Source: an uncultured Christensenella sp. (GTDB lineage Bacteria; Bacillota; Clostridia; Christensenellales; DTU072). Taken from it: DNA of 64,000 nt. Below are positions 25,434 to 35,926 of the stretch, in pieces (the stretch's first letter is position 1; each line of letters opens with the position of its first letter). The notes under the pieces were generated by a model. That model worked only from the letters and a program-made list of their open reading frames with translations, searched no databases and was not told where the DNA came from. The stretch lies in contig CAZUJW010000001.1 in assembly GCA_964620655.1 (NCBI GenBank), positions 20,651 to 84,650 on the forward strand. Direction: 5' to 3'. The position numbers and the translations under genes are program-made.

Positions 25434-26500
25434 AACTGACTGCGAAACAAAAAATAATCTACGCTCTCACGAAAGCACAGGGAATAGGTTGCGTCAAGGG
25501 AAGAAAAATCGTTTCTTGCGCGGACTTTTCCGATTTTGGAAATTTTCTCGATTCGTTAAGGAACGTTTCAGCCAACGAGTATATAGAAATTAAAACGGGA
25601 CTGGAAAACACCGACTTCGACCGACTTGAAAATTATTTCGCCGATAAAAACGTAAGATTAGTCACCATTCTCGACGAAGAGTACCCTAAGAGCCTTCTTC
25701 CTTATCAGGATATGCCGCTCGTCCTTTACTGTATAGGCGACGTAAGTCTGCTTAACACTCCGTCTTTTGCGGTAGTCGGCACTCGTTTTCCGACGAGATA
25801 CGGATTGAGAGCGACGGAAGAATTCGTTTCTTCTTTAAGCGACAGGTTTACGATAGTTAGCGGAATGGCTCGCGGAATAGATTCCTGCGCCCATAAATCT
25901 GCGTTGAAAGCGGGCGGAAAAACGGTGGCGGTTTTGGGTTGCGGAGTCGATATTGTATATCCACCCGAAAATCTATCGCTTTACCGTGATATAATAAGTT
26001 TCGGTCTCGTCGTAAGCGAGTATGAACCGGGGACTCCCGCAAGTAGCTTCAACTTTCCCGTAAGGAACAGAATAATAAGCGGTCTGTCGCGGAGCGTTCT
26101 CGTCACCGAAGCGGGAATAAAGAGCGGAACCATGCTTACTATAAACAGCGCGATAGCGCAAGGCAAAGACGTGTTCTGCGTACCCGGCAGCATATACAGC
26201 GCGGCTTCGAGCGGAGTTAACAGGAGTATAAGGGAGTGTCAGTCGAGAGCGGTCACCGACGTGAACGACATTTACGACGAGTTGGGGCTTACCAAACAAG
26301 AAACGGTAAAGCCGTCGTTAATACAACTCGATTTTAACGAAGACGCTATCCTTAACGCCCTTAAACAGAACGGAGAGATGCACGTCGAAGAGATTCTGGA
26401 CGTCGTCGACCTTAGCATATCGCAGTTGAATTCTTTACTTACGAGAATGGAAACCGCGGGACTTATAAACAAAACGAAACATAACTATTGGAGTGTATAA
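25430..26500 (+). CDS. dprA: DNA-processing protein DprA (Smf)
   Basis: Rossmann-like DprA core (VVGTRFPTRYG..., SGMARGIDSCAH, VLGCGVDIVYPPEN) and a C-terminal winged-helix-like tail. TTG start overlaps the comM stop. Confidence 0.9.
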   Translation: MKLTAKQKIIYALTKAQGIGCVKGRKIVSCADFSDFGNFLDSLRNVSANEYIEIKTGLENTDFDRLENYFADKNVRLVTILDEEYPKSLLPYQDMPLVLYCIGDVSLLNTPSFAVVGTRFPTRYGLRATEEFVSSLSDRFTIVSGMARGIDSCAHKSALKAGGKTVAVLGCGVDIVYPPENLSLYRDIISFGLVVSEYEPGTPASSFNFPVRNRIISGLSRSVLVTEAGIKSGTMLTINSAIAQGKDVFCVPGSIYSAASSGVNRSIRECQSRAVTDVNDIYDELGLTKQETVKPSLIQLDFNEDAILNALKQNGEMHVEEILDVVDLSISQLNSLLTRMETAGLINKTKHNYWSV

Positions 26501-28611
26501 TGAAATTAGTAATCGTAGAATCGCCGACTAAGGCGAAAACAATTCAGAAATATCTCGGGAAAGATTTCAGGGTGCTTGCGAGCGGCGGACACGTCTGCGA
26601 CCTGCCCGAAAAAAGTCTCGGGATAGACGTAGAACACGATTTCAAACCCGAATACGTACTTGTCAAAGAAAAAAAGGATTTGATAAAAAAACTTAAACAG
26701 GCTGTAAAAGACAGCGACGCCGTTTATCTTGCAACCGACCCGGATAGAGAAGGAGAAGCGATAAGCTGGCATTTAAGTAACGTATTGGAATTGCCGCACG
26801 GCGACAACAGAATAGAGTTTAACGAGATAAGTTCCCGCGCGGTCAACGCAGCGTTGAAGACTCCGAGAGAAATAAACATGAATCTCGTCAACGCCCAACA
26901 AGCGAGAAGAGTTCTGGACAGACTCGTGGGTTATAAAATAAGTCCTATCCTTAACAAGAAGATAAAACAAGGTCTTTCGGGCGGACGGGTCCAGAGCGCC
27001 GCGCTCAAAATGATAGTGGACAGAGAAAGAGAAATAAGAGCCTTCAAGCCCGAAGAGTACTGGAATATATTCGCATATCTGCAAAAACAAGGCAAATCCG
27101 CCGCAATGAAAGCCGCTCTCGCCGACTTCAACGGCAAGAAAATAAAAGTTACTAACGGCGATGAAGCGAGTAAGATTACCGAAGCTCTCAAAAGAGCGTT
27201 GTATAAAGTCGACGCTGTAAAAAGGGGCGTAAGCAAATCGAGACCGAACGCTCCTTTCACCACGAGTACGCTTCAACAAGACGGAGCGAGCAGACTTTCA
27301 ATCACCGCTCCCGAAGTTATGAAAATAGCTCAGCAGCTGTACGAAGGTATAGAATTGGAAGGAGAAGGGCATACCGCGCTCGTTACTTATATCCGTACCG
27401 ACTCTGTAAGAGTATCGCCCGAAGCACAGGACGCCGCGTTAAAGTTTATTAATGAACGTTTCGGCGAGGACTACGCTCCGAAAAAGCCGAATATCTACAC
27501 GACGAAGAGCGCCAACGTGCAGGACGCTCACGAAGCGATAAGACCCATTACTCTCGCCCGTACGCCCGAAAGTCTGAAAACTATGCTTAGCCGCAACCAG
27601 TACAGGCTGTATAAACTTATTTACGACAGATTTTTGGCAAGTCAGATGTCCGAAGCGGTCTACAACACCCTTAACGTTCACATAAACGGCGAAACCGAAG
27701 AAGGAAACTACGGATTTAAGATTACGGGAAAAACCGTCATTTTCAAAGGCTACACCATAGCGTACGAAAACGACAAGGAAGAAGACGAAGAGAACAGTGA
27801 CAAGTTGCCTAATCTCGAAGAGGGCGAAAATCTCAATCTTAAAGAAATAAAGAGCGAACAAAAGTTTACCAAAGCTCCCCCTCGTTATACCGATTCTACG
27901 TTCATTAAGGCTATGGAAGAAAACGGCATCGGTCGTCCGGCTACCTATGCGTCGGTAGTAAGTATTCTCGCAAAAAGAGAGTACACTACGAAAGACGGAA
28001 AACAGCTCGTACCCACGCAACTCGGCGAAACCGTCGTCGAGTTTATGGAAAAGAACTTCGCCGACATAGTTGATATAAAGTTTACCGCGTCGATGGAAAA
28101 CGACCTTGACACGATAGTAAACGGCACCGAGTGGCAAAAGGTAATAGCAGACTTCTATCCGCCGTTTGAAAAGAGTCTTATTAAAGCCTACGCGGGAGAA
28201 AAGAAAGTTAAATTGGAAGAAGAAGTTACCGACGTAATCTGCGACAAGTGCGGAGCGAATATGGTGGTAAGAAGCGGAAAGTACGGCAAGTTTTTGGCGT
28301 GCCCGAATTATCCCCGTTGCAAAAATATCAAAAACTTCGTCGAACCTGTCGGCAAATGTCCCCGTTGCGGCGGAGATATAGTAAAGAAACATACGAAAAA
28401 CGGCAAAATATTCTACGGCTGCGGCAATTATCCCGAATGTGATTTTATGAGTTGGGAACTGCCCGCTCCGATATTCTGCCCCGATTGCAGACACGTCATG
28501 AGAATGATAATAAAAGACGGCAAAACCAAATACGTCTGCACGAATAAAGAATGCAACAAGACCGTCATACCCGACGCACCTGAACGTCAGGAAGAGAAAG
28601 ACGATGAATAA
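26500..28611 (+). CDS. topA: DNA topoisomerase I
   Basis: TOPRIM domain MKLVIVESPTKAKT, catalytic region, and three C-terminal C4 zinc ribbons. The start is moved to ATG 26500 (GGAG SD). Confidence 0.95.
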   Translation: MKLVIVESPTKAKTIQKYLGKDFRVLASGGHVCDLPEKSLGIDVEHDFKPEYVLVKEKKDLIKKLKQAVKDSDAVYLATDPDREGEAISWHLSNVLELPHGDNRIEFNEISSRAVNAALKTPREINMNLVNAQQARRVLDRLVGYKISPILNKKIKQGLSGGRVQSAALKMIVDREREIRAFKPEEYWNIFAYLQKQGKSAAMKAALADFNGKKIKVTNGDEASKITEALKRALYKVDAVKRGVSKSRPNAPFTTSTLQQDGASRLSITAPEVMKIAQQLYEGIELEGEGHTALVTYIRTDSVRVSPEAQDAALKFINERFGEDYAPKKPNIYTTKSANVQDAHEAIRPITLARTPESLKTMLSRNQYRLYKLIYDRFLASQMSEAVYNTLNVHINGETEEGNYGFKITGKTVIFKGYTIAYENDKEEDEENSDKLPNLEEGENLNLKEIKSEQKFTKAPPRYTDSTFIKAMEENGIGRPATYASVVSILAKREYTTKDGKQLVPTQLGETVVEFMEKNFADIVDIKFTASMENDLDTIVNGTEWQKVIADFYPPFEKSLIKAYAGEKKVKLEEEVTDVICDKCGANMVVRSGKYGKFLACPNYPRCKNIKNFVEPVGKCPRCGGDIVKKHTKNGKIFYGCGNYPECDFMSWELPAPIFCPDCRHVMRMIIKDGKTKYVCTNKECNKTVIPDAPERQEEKDDE

Positions 28612-29902
28612 AGTCACCGTAATCGGCGGCGGACTCGCAGGAGCCGAAGCGTGCTATCAATTGGCTAAAAGGGGCGTAAACGTAGACTTATACGAAATGC
28701 GTCCGGAAAAGACCACACCCGCTCACAAAACGGGCGACTTTGCCGAATTAGTGTGCAGCAATTCTCTTAAAAGCGCCGACGTCAACACCGCTCAAGGAGC
28801 GTTGAAACGGGAAATGAAACTTCTCGACAGTCTTATAATAAGAGCCGCCGAAAACACGTCCGTTCCTGCGGGCGGAGCTCTCGCCGTGGACAGAGAAAAG
28901 TTTTCAGAGTATATAAAAACCGAACTTAACAAGTTCGACAATATTAACGTAATAAGAGAAGAACGCACCGAAATTACCGATTACACGATAATAGCGACGG
29001 GGCCGTTGAGCAGCGACGGAATAAGCGAGTCTTTGGCTTCCGTCACGGGCGGCGGATACCTTAACTTTTTCGACGCGGTAGCTCCGATAGTCACGGGCGA
29101 AAGCGTCTACAGAGAAAAATCCTTTTTTGCGGGTCGCTACGGCAAGGGGGGAGAAGATTACCTTAATTGTCCGCTTAACAGAGAAGAGTACTACGATTTC
29201 GTTGACAATCTCGTAAAAGCCGATAAAGTTATATTAAGGGACTTTGAAAAAAAAGACGTCTTTAACGCCTGTATGCCCGTGGAAGTAATGGCGGGTAAAG
29301 GGGCGGACACGTTACGATTCGGTCCGCTCCGTCCCGTGGGACTTACCGATCCTTCGACGGGAAGAAGACCTTTCGCCGCAGTACAGCTAAGGAAGGAAGA
29401 CAAGGACGGCAGATTATATAATCTCGTCGGGTTTCAGACCAACCTTAAATTCGGGGAACAGCAAAGAGTATTTTCGATGATCCCCGCATTAAGGAACGCC
29501 GAATTCGTCCGTTACGGCGTTATGCACAGGAACACGTTTCTGGACGCACCGAAAGCGTTAAGTTGTGGGTTCGAACTGAAAAACAGACCTACCGTATTCG
29601 TAGCCGGACAACTAAGCGGAGTGGAAGGATACGCCGAAAGCGCGATGAGCGGACTTATTTCGGGTATCAATATGTACCGTAGACTTGTAGGCAAGGATAT
29701 AATAGACCCGCCCGAAGAAACCTTAATCGGCGGACTTATGAAGTACGTAATCACCGAAAACAAGGATTTTCAGCCGATGCACGTAGGGTTTCCGCTGACG
29801 CCGGGACTCGAAGAAAAGATAAAAGACAAACAAAAAAGGAAAGAGGCGTACTCTTTGAGAGCGGAAAAGGCATTTTCCGAATTTATCAAAAACTATATAT
29901 AG
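28604..29902 (+). CDS. trmFO: Methylenetetrahydrofolate--tRNA-(uracil54-C5)-methyltransferase TrmFO (Gid)
   Basis: FAD-binding VIGGGLAGAEA, and 432 aa of TrmFO-type sequence in the conserved position after topA. Confidence 0.95.
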   Translation: MNKVTVIGGGLAGAEACYQLAKRGVNVDLYEMRPEKTTPAHKTGDFAELVCSNSLKSADVNTAQGALKREMKLLDSLIIRAAENTSVPAGGALAVDREKFSEYIKTELNKFDNINVIREERTEITDYTIIATGPLSSDGISESLASVTGGGYLNFFDAVAPIVTGESVYREKSFFAGRYGKGGEDYLNCPLNREEYYDFVDNLVKADKVILRDFEKKDVFNACMPVEVMAGKGADTLRFGPLRPVGLTDPSTGRRPFAAVQLRKEDKDGRLYNLVGFQTNLKFGEQQRVFSMIPALRNAEFVRYGVMHRNTFLDAPKALSCGFELKNRPTVFVAGQLSGVEGYAESAMSGLISGINMYRRLVGKDIIDPPEETLIGGLMKYVITENKDFQPMHVGFPLTPGLEEKIKDKQKRKEAYSLRAEKAFSEFIKNYI

Positions 29903-29914
29903 GAGATTTTTACT

Positions 29915-30445
29915 ATGGAAATGAAAGCGACAACGATATGCGCTGTAAAGCGTAACGGCGTGACAGCCATAGCCGGCGACGGACAAGTAACTATGGGACA
30001 AAGCATAGTTATGAAAGGCAACGCCAAAAAAGTCAAAAGAATTTATAACGACAAAGTAGTGGTAGGTTTCGCCGGAAGCGTAAGCGACGCCTTTACTTTG
30101 AGCGAAAAGTTTGAAGAAATGTTACAAAAATATTCCGGTAACCTTATGCGTAGCGCGGTAGAGCTCGCCGAAAACTGGCGTAAAGGCACTATGCGTAATC
30201 TCGAAGCTATGCTTATAGTCGCCGACAAGGACGACTTGTACGTAATAAGCGGCGACGGCAACGTAATCGACCCCGAAAACGGAGTCTGTGCGATAGGGAG
30301 CGGCGGAAATTACGCTTTGAGTGCGGCGAGAGCCTTGTTGGAAAACACCGATATGTCGGCGGAAGAAATTGTCCGTAAGGCTATGAAGATAGCGGCGGAT
30401 ATTTGTATTTTTACCAACCACAACATAGTTGTGGAAACCGTGTAA
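29915..30445 (+). CDS. hslV: ATP-dependent protease subunit HslV (ClpQ)
   Basis: N-terminal TTI catalytic Thr region and a GSGG motif. 176 aa. Confidence 0.95.
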   Translation: MEMKATTICAVKRNGVTAIAGDGQVTMGQSIVMKGNAKKVKRIYNDKVVVGFAGSVSDAFTLSEKFEEMLQKYSGNLMRSAVELAENWRKGTMRNLEAMLIVADKDDLYVISGDGNVIDPENGVCAIGSGGNYALSAARALLENTDMSAEEIVRKAMKIAADICIFTNHNIVVETV

Positions 30446-30458
30446 AGGAGGTATATTT

Positions 30459-31781
30459 ATGGAACTTACTCCGAAACAAATAGTCACAGAACTCGACAGA
30501 TATATAATAGGTCAGGACGAAGCTAAAAAAGCCGTCGCGATATCCTTGCGTAACCGTTACAGAAGAAGAATGTTGCCGCAGGAAATGCGAGACGAAATCA
30601 CCCCGAAGAATATTATAATGAAAGGACCTACCGGCGTAGGTAAAACAGAGATAGCGAGAAGGCTTGCCAAACTCGTCAAAGCTCCTTTCGTAAAGGTGGA
30701 AGCCACCAAGTTTACCGAAGTAGGCTACGTCGGTCGCGACGTGGAAAGTATGGTTCGCGACTTGGTGGAAGTGTCCATGCGACTTGTTAAGGAAGAAAAA
30801 TTCGCCGTCGTAGAACCCAAAGCGAGAGAAATCGCCGAAAACAAGATAGTAAACGCTATCTTACCCATAAAGAAAAAAGCCAACCCGGACAAACCCGAAG
30901 AGATAATAAAGCAGGAACTTCTGGAAGAGCTTCGCAAAGGTCAGCTCGACAAAATTCCCGTGGAGATAGAAGTGGAAGAAGCCCCGAAGGCTCTTCAATT
31001 GGGACCTATCGGAATGGGCGGCAACGATAATAACTTCAGTGAAATTCTCGGCGGAATAATGCCTAAACGCAGAAAAAAACGCAAAATCACCGTTAAGGAA
31101 GCCTTTAACATTTTCTTAAACGAAGAAGCCAACAAACTTATCGACGACGACGCTATTCAGAGCGAAGCGCTGACGAGAGCGGAACAGGACGGAATAATTT
31201 TTATCGACGAAATGGATAAGATAGCTTCCGACGGCAACAAGGGCGGCGGTCACGACGTAAGCCGAGAAGGGGTTCAGAGAGATATTCTGCCCATAGTGGA
31301 AGGTTGTACCGTGAACACGAAGTACGGCAACATAAAGACCGATTATATCCTTTTCATCGCAGCAGGCGCATTCCACATATCGAAAGTAAGCGACCTTATT
31401 CCCGAACTTCAGGGGCGTTTTCCGGTGCTTGTCGACTTGCAGAGCCTTACAGAAGAAGACTTTGAAAAGATTTTGAGAGAACCCGACAACGCGCTTGTTA
31501 TGCAGTACGCCGAAATGCTCAAAGTGGACAAAGTAAACCTTAAATTTACCGACGATGCGATTAAGGAAATGGCACACATAGCGTATCTCGAAAACGAAAA
31601 CAACGAAAATATCGGAGCAAGGAGATTGCACACGGTTATGGAAATGTTACTTGAAGACATAAGTTTTAATGCGGACGGCAGCACCGATACCGATATAGAA
31701 CTGGTAATAAACAAAGAGTACGTCCGTGAGCATCTCGAAAAGGCTTTGCGTACCCTTAATCTCAAAAAGTATATTTTATAA
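30459..31781 (+). CDS. hslU: ATP-dependent protease ATPase subunit HslU (ClpY)
   Basis: [17 protein letters not shown], Walker A GPTGVGKT, Walker [10 protein letters not shown]. The start is moved to ATG 30459 after AAGGAGG. Confidence 0.95.
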   Translation: MELTPKQIVTELDRYIIGQDEAKKAVAISLRNRYRRRMLPQEMRDEITPKNIIMKGPTGVGKTEIARRLAKLVKAPFVKVEATKFTEVGYVGRDVESMVRDLVEVSMRLVKEEKFAVVEPKAREIAENKIVNAILPIKKKANPDKPEEIIKQELLEELRKGQLDKIPVEIEVEEAPKALQLGPIGMGGNDNNFSEILGGIMPKRRKKRKITVKEAFNIFLNEEANKLIDDDAIQSEALTRAEQDGIIFIDEMDKIASDGNKGGGHDVSREGVQRDILPIVEGCTVNTKYGNIKTDYILFIAAGAFHISKVSDLIPELQGRFPVLVDLQSLTEEDFEKILREPDNALVMQYAEMLKVDKVNLKFTDDAIKEMAHIAYLENENNENIGARRLHTVMEMLLEDISFNADGSTDTDIELVINKEYVREHLEKALRTLNLKKYIL

Positions 31782-31796
31782 AAACAGAGGAACGGA

Positions 31797-33047
31797 ATGA
31801 TTAACATACCCAAAGGAACGAAAGACGTTTTACCGTCGGAAAGTTACAAATGGCACTACGTTGAAGACACGGTGAGAAAAATTGCGGGAAATTACGGTTT
31901 TCACGAAATAAGGACGCCGGTTTTCGAGCATACCGAATTGTTTTTAAGGGGAGTGGGCGACACTACCGATATAGTCAATAAGGAGATGTACACCTTTACC
32001 GATAAAGGCGACAGAAGTATGACGCTTAAACCCGAAGGCACGGCGGGAGTGGCGAGATGTTTTATCGAAAACGCTCTCGACAACAACCCGCAACCCACGA
32101 AGATGTACTACATAACTCCCGTATTCAGATACGAAAAACCGCAGTCGGGAAGACTTAGGGAACATCACCAGTTCGGAACGGAACTTTACGGAAGCGACAC
32201 TCCGTACGCCGATGCGGAAGTTATTTCTCTCGCGAAGTCCATTTTCGACGGGTTCGGAATTAAAAACCTTGTCCTTAACATAAATTCCATCGGTTGTCCT
32301 GAGTGCAGGGCGGAGTATTCCAAAGCGTTGAGAGAATATTTTGCCGGATACAAAGATAAACTCTGCCCCACCTGCCTTGAAAGACTCGAAAAGAACCCTT
32401 TGCGTATTCTCGACTGCAAGGTGGAAGAATGTAAAGAGATAGCAAAAGACGCGCCCGTAGTACTCGATTATCTTTGCGACGACTGCCAGGCGCATCACGT
32501 CAAGTTGCAGGAAATTCTTACCGCGCTCGGAATAGACTTCAAAGTCAATCCGCAGATAGTAAGGGGACTCGATTACTATACGAGGACGGTATTCGAATTC
32601 GTAAGCACGTCGATAGGCAGTCAGGGTACCGTCTGCGGCGGCGGAAGATACAATAATCTCGTCAGGGAATTGGGAGGCAAGGAAGTGCCGGCGGTAGGCT
32701 TCGGAATGGGCATCGAGCGTCTTCTTATGGTAATGGAAAACGGCGGGTGTTTTATGGGCGACGAAGAAAAATCTTTGGTCTATATCGCGCCGCTCGGCGA
32801 ATCGGCTTACGGCGAAGCTTTGAAAATAGCCGACGCACTCCGTCACGCGAATATAAGCGCGGATTGCGACATTATGGGCAAGAGCCTTAAAGCGCAGATG
32901 AAATACGCCGACAAAATGAAATACAAATACGTTTGCGTACTCGGCGAAGACGAACTTCAAAAAGGAGTTGTTTCCGTCAAGGATATGTTTGAAAAAACCG
33001 TAACCGACGTAAAAATTTCGGACTTAACGGAGTTTTTTCGTCAATAA
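31797..33047 (+). CDS. hisS: Histidine--tRNA ligase
   Basis: Class II aaRS motifs (FRYEKPQSGRLREHHQFG, GGGRYNNL) and an anticodon-binding domain. 416 aa. Confidence 0.95.
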   Translation: MINIPKGTKDVLPSESYKWHYVEDTVRKIAGNYGFHEIRTPVFEHTELFLRGVGDTTDIVNKEMYTFTDKGDRSMTLKPEGTAGVARCFIENALDNNPQPTKMYYITPVFRYEKPQSGRLREHHQFGTELYGSDTPYADAEVISLAKSIFDGFGIKNLVLNINSIGCPECRAEYSKALREYFAGYKDKLCPTCLERLEKNPLRILDCKVEECKEIAKDAPVVLDYLCDDCQAHHVKLQEILTALGIDFKVNPQIVRGLDYYTRTVFEFVSTSIGSQGTVCGGGRYNNLVRELGGKEVPAVGFGMGIERLLMVMENGGCFMGDEEKSLVYIAPLGESAYGEALKIADALRHANISADCDIMGKSLKAQMKYADKMKYKYVCVLGEDELQKGVVSVKDMFEKTVTDVKISDLTEFFRQ

Positions 33048-33065
33048 TCATAAGCGGAGGCATAT

Positions 33066-33383
33066 ATGAGAAAAGTAAGTGAAGAAGAATTCAAAAAGGT
33101 AATAAAATCCGGCAAATTCGTCGTCGACTTCTACGCCGACTGGTGCGGACCTTGCAAAATGCTTGCGCCCAACTTGCAGGAACTCGAAAGAGAACTCGAA
33201 GCGTCCGGCGTGGAAATACTTAAAGTAAACGTGGACGAAGCTCCCGATCTTTCCGAAGAAATGGGCATACAATTTATTCCGTACGTCGTTACTTTCGCAG
33301 ACGGCGAGAAAAAAGACGCTTTCAACGGCTATAAGTCAACGGAAGATCTCAGAGAGTTTATTAAAAATAGTATGGCAATTTAG
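33066..33383 (+). CDS. trxA: Thioredoxin
   Basis: WCGPC active site. 105 aa. Confidence 0.9.
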   Translation: MRKVSEEEFKKVIKSGKFVVDFYADWCGPCKMLAPNLQELERELEASGVEILKVNVDEAPDLSEEMGIQFIPYVVTFADGEKKDAFNGYKSTEDLREFIKNSMAI

Positions 33384-33412
33384 TTGATTTTTCCGTTCGA
33401 TATAATTATAAT
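33384..33412 (+). promoter_or_regulatory. Sigma-A-like promoter for nifS-nifU
   Basis: TTGATT, 17-nt spacer, TATAAT. Confidence 0.45.
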
Positions 33413-33426
33413 TATATTCGGAAATA

Positions 33427-33448
33427 CAATTAAACGATTGTTTAATTG
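33427..33448. promoter_or_regulatory. Perfect 9-4-9 inverted repeat CAATTAAAC-gatt-GTTTAATTG, candidate operator
   Basis: Seen directly. It lies between the predicted -10 and the SD of the cysteine desulfurase gene. Confidence 0.35.
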
Positions 33449-33471
33449 ATTATAAAAGAGGTGCGTAAAAA

Positions 33472-34653
33472 ATGCGCGTATATTTAGATAATTCAGCCAC
33501 GACCGCTTTGGATCCGGAAGTATTCGAAGCGATGAAACCGTATTTTTCGGAAGTCTACGGCAATGCGTCTTCCCTTCACGCCTTCGGCAGAGAAGCTCTC
33601 GCCGCAGTGGACGAAGCAAGACAGACGATAGCCGATTGTATTAACGCCCGCAGGGACGAGATTTTCTTTACGTCGGGCGGTAGCGAAAGCGACAACTGGG
33701 CTTTGACCGGAACGGCTCATACTTACGGAAAACAGGGCAAACATATCGTCACCACCGTTATCGAACACCCCGCCGTTATGGAAACCTGTCGCAAACTTCA
33801 AAAAGAAGGTTATGAAATAACTTACGTCAAAGTCGGAAGCGACGGCAGAGTAAGTCTCGACGATATAAAGAAAGCGGTAAGGGACGACACCATACTCGTA
33901 TCGGTAATGTTCGCCAACAACGAAATGGGGGCAATACAGCCTATCGAAGAAATAGGGGCGTTTTGCAGGGAAGAAGGTATACTTTTTCACACCGACGCCG
34001 TACAAGCCGCAGGAAGCATAAAAATCGACGTCAAGAAGATGAATATAGATATGCTCAGTATGTCGGCTCACAAGTTCCACGGACCGAAAGGAATGGGGCT
34101 TCTGTACGTTCGTAAAGGCGTAAGACTCGAAAGACTAATCGTAGGCGGTCATCAGGAAAGCGGTATGAGAGCGGGTACGACCAATACCCCGGGAATAATC
34201 GGTATGGCTAAGGCTCTCGAAATAAGCTATCGAGATATGGAAAAGAACAACGCTCATATGACGTATCTCAGAGATTACTTTATCGACCGCATATCGAAAG
34301 AAATACCGTATTGCAAACTTAACGGCGGAAGAGAACACAGACTCGTCAACAACGCCAATTTCAGCTTCGATTTTATCGAAGGGGAAAGTATCCTTATGAA
34401 CCTTGATCTTAACGGCATAGCGGTAAGTTCGGGTTCGGCGTGCAGTTCGGGCAGCCTCGAGCCGTCGTACGTCATTCTTTCGCTCGGAGCAAAAATGGAA
34501 GAAGCGCACAGCTCCATCCGTTTTAGTCTCGGCAAGGACACGACGAAAGAAGAAATAGATTACACCATAGAAAAACTTAAAGAAACGGTAGCCAGACTTC
34601 GTTCCTGGTCGCCGCTTTTCAAAGAGATAAAAGGAGAAGACAAATATGTATAA
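33472..34653 (+). CDS. nifS: Cysteine desulfurase (NifS/IscS type)
   Basis: PLP lysine SAHKFHGPKG and catalytic loop SSGSACSSG. 393 aa. Confidence 0.9.
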   Translation: MRVYLDNSATTALDPEVFEAMKPYFSEVYGNASSLHAFGREALAAVDEARQTIADCINARRDEIFFTSGGSESDNWALTGTAHTYGKQGKHIVTTVIEHPAVMETCRKLQKEGYEITYVKVGSDGRVSLDDIKKAVRDDTILVSVMFANNEMGAIQPIEEIGAFCREEGILFHTDAVQAAGSIKIDVKKMNIDMLSMSAHKFHGPKGMGLLYVRKGVRLERLIVGGHQESGMRAGTTNTPGIIGMAKALEISYRDMEKNNAHMTYLRDYFIDRISKEIPYCKLNGGREHRLVNNANFSFDFIEGESILMNLDLNGIAVSSGSACSSGSLEPSYVILSLGAKMEEAHSSIRFSLGKDTTKEEIDYTIEKLKETVARLRSWSPLFKEIKGEDKYV

Positions 34654-35017
34654 CGCAAAAGTATTGGAAACGTTTGCAAATCCGAAAAACGTCGGCGAAA
34701 TCGAAAACGCCAGCGGCGTGGGCACCGTCGGTAACGCAAGTTGCGGCGATATAATGCAGGTTTTCCTTAAAATAGAAGACGATAAGATAGTGGACGCGAA
34801 GTTTAAGACGTTCGGTTGCGCAGCGGCAATAGCAAGCTCCGATACCGCTTGCGAAATGATTAAGGGCAAGTCGATAGAAGACGCTCTTAAAATAAAGAAC
34901 TCCGACGTCGTAGAAACTCTCGAAGGACTTCCCCCGCAGAAAATCCACTGCTCCGTTCTGGCGGAAGAAGCGATAGCCGAAGCTATAAAGGATTACAGAG
35001 CAAAACAGGCTAAGTAG
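34646..35017 (+). CDS. nifU: Fe-S cluster assembly scaffold (IscU/NifU N-terminal type)
   Basis: Three conserved Cys (GNASCGD, FGCAAAIASS, KIHCS). 123 aa. Overlaps nifS by 8 nt. Confidence 0.9.
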   Translation: MYNAKVLETFANPKNVGEIENASGVGTVGNASCGDIMQVFLKIEDDKIVDAKFKTFGCAAAIASSDTACEMIKGKSIEDALKIKNSDVVETLEGLPPQKIHCSVLAEEAIAEAIKDYRAKQAK

Positions 35018-35040
35018 GGTATCGGTAAACGATAATAACA

Positions 35041-35067
35041 AAAAACCGCTCGTATGGGCGGTTTTTT
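35041..35067. terminator. Bidirectional rho-independent terminator
   Basis: aaaaaccgc-N8-gcggttttt, with an A-run and a T-run on either side. Confidence 0.7.
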
Positions 35068-35101
35068 GCATTTTAGTAGGTTAATAAAAATCCGAATAGC
35101 A

Positions 35102-35135
35102 TAAAAAGAAACTGCTTCGGGAAGAAACAGTTTCT
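35102..35135 (-). terminator. Rho-independent terminator of rpmB
   Basis: agaaactg-N13-cagtttct, followed on the minus strand by TTTTTAT. Confidence 0.6.
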
Positions 35136-35157
35136 TCAAAATCAAATTTTAATAAGA

Positions 35158-35346
35158 TTACGCTTCTTTTTTAGCGTTTCTTAAGCAACGGGTGCAAATA
35201 TATTGACTGCTTAAAGAACCGTTGGCGTTTACTACTTTAACTTTATGTACGTTAGCTCCCCAGCTTCTTCTGGTCTTTCTGTTGCTGTGGCTGACTTTAT
35301 TTCCGCTCATTTGACCTTTGCCGCATATGCTACAAACTCTGCTCAT
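35158..35346 (-). CDS. rpmB: 50S ribosomal protein L28
   Basis: MSRVCSICGKGQMSGNKVSHSNRKTRR. 62 aa. GGAGGTG SD. Confidence 0.95.
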   Translation of the reverse strand: MSRVCSICGKGQMSGNKVSHSNRKTRRSWGANVHKVKVVNANGSLSSQYICTRCLRNAKKEA

Positions 35347-35374
35347 GGCACACCTCCTAAATTAAGACTTAACA

Positions 35375-35403
35375 ATTATACAATTAAATTTTCACTTTGG
35401 CAA
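35375..35403 (-). promoter_or_regulatory. Sigma-A-like promoter of rpmB
   Basis: On the minus strand: TTGCCA, 17-nt spacer, TATAAT. Confidence 0.55.
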
Positions 35404-35560
35404 TTGTTTTACCTGCTTTTTTTTGAAACTGCTTGCCTTTTTTTCGGAATTATAATATTATTAAATTGCTGAGTTGCGTCATACCGTAGTTAAGGGCGGG
35501 CGTAACGAAGTTACTAACAGTAAAAATATGCTTTCAATAAGCGGATTTAGAGGAATATAG

Positions 35561-35911
35561 ATGGCTTTGCACACGACTAATATTTACGGTGACATTACCA
35601 TAGCGGACGACGCTGTGGCTATGGTCGTGGCAAAAATCGCGAAAGAAGTACCCGGCGTGGCGGAATTGGTGTCGCGCAGGCTCAGCGACAATATACTTAT
35701 TCTTTTCGGGAAAGAACCCATAGCCAAGGGCGTAAAACTCGTCACTATGGACAATCGTATCTTTATCGAACTTTTTATTCTCGTCACGGACGGCGTAAAC
35801 GTCGAAGCCGTGGTAGAATCTCTCAAATCCGCCGTCACCTATAACGTAGAACAGTTCACGGGAATGAGAGTCAAATCCGTCAACGTGCACGTATTGGGAT
35901 TGAAGCTGTAA
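35561..35911 (+). CDS. Asp23/Gls24-family envelope stress protein (YloU-like)
   Basis: 116-aa Asp23-type sequence (IADDAVAMVVAKIAKEVPGV) in the conserved position before yloV. Confidence 0.85.
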   Translation: MALHTTNIYGDITIADDAVAMVVAKIAKEVPGVAELVSRRLSDNILILFGKEPIAKGVKLVTMDNRIFIELFILVTDGVNVEAVVESLKSAVTYNVEQFTGMRVKSVNVHVLGLKL

Positions 35912-35926
35912 ATATCGAGAGGAATA

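Noticed and set aside
31782-31796. Looked for T-box leaders upstream of hisS and proA, and for a LexA box (CGAAC-N4-GTTCG) near uvrC.
   Set aside because: The gaps are only 15 nt (hisS) and 6 nt (proA), which leaves no room for a leader. No LexA-type box is visible in 8860-9180.
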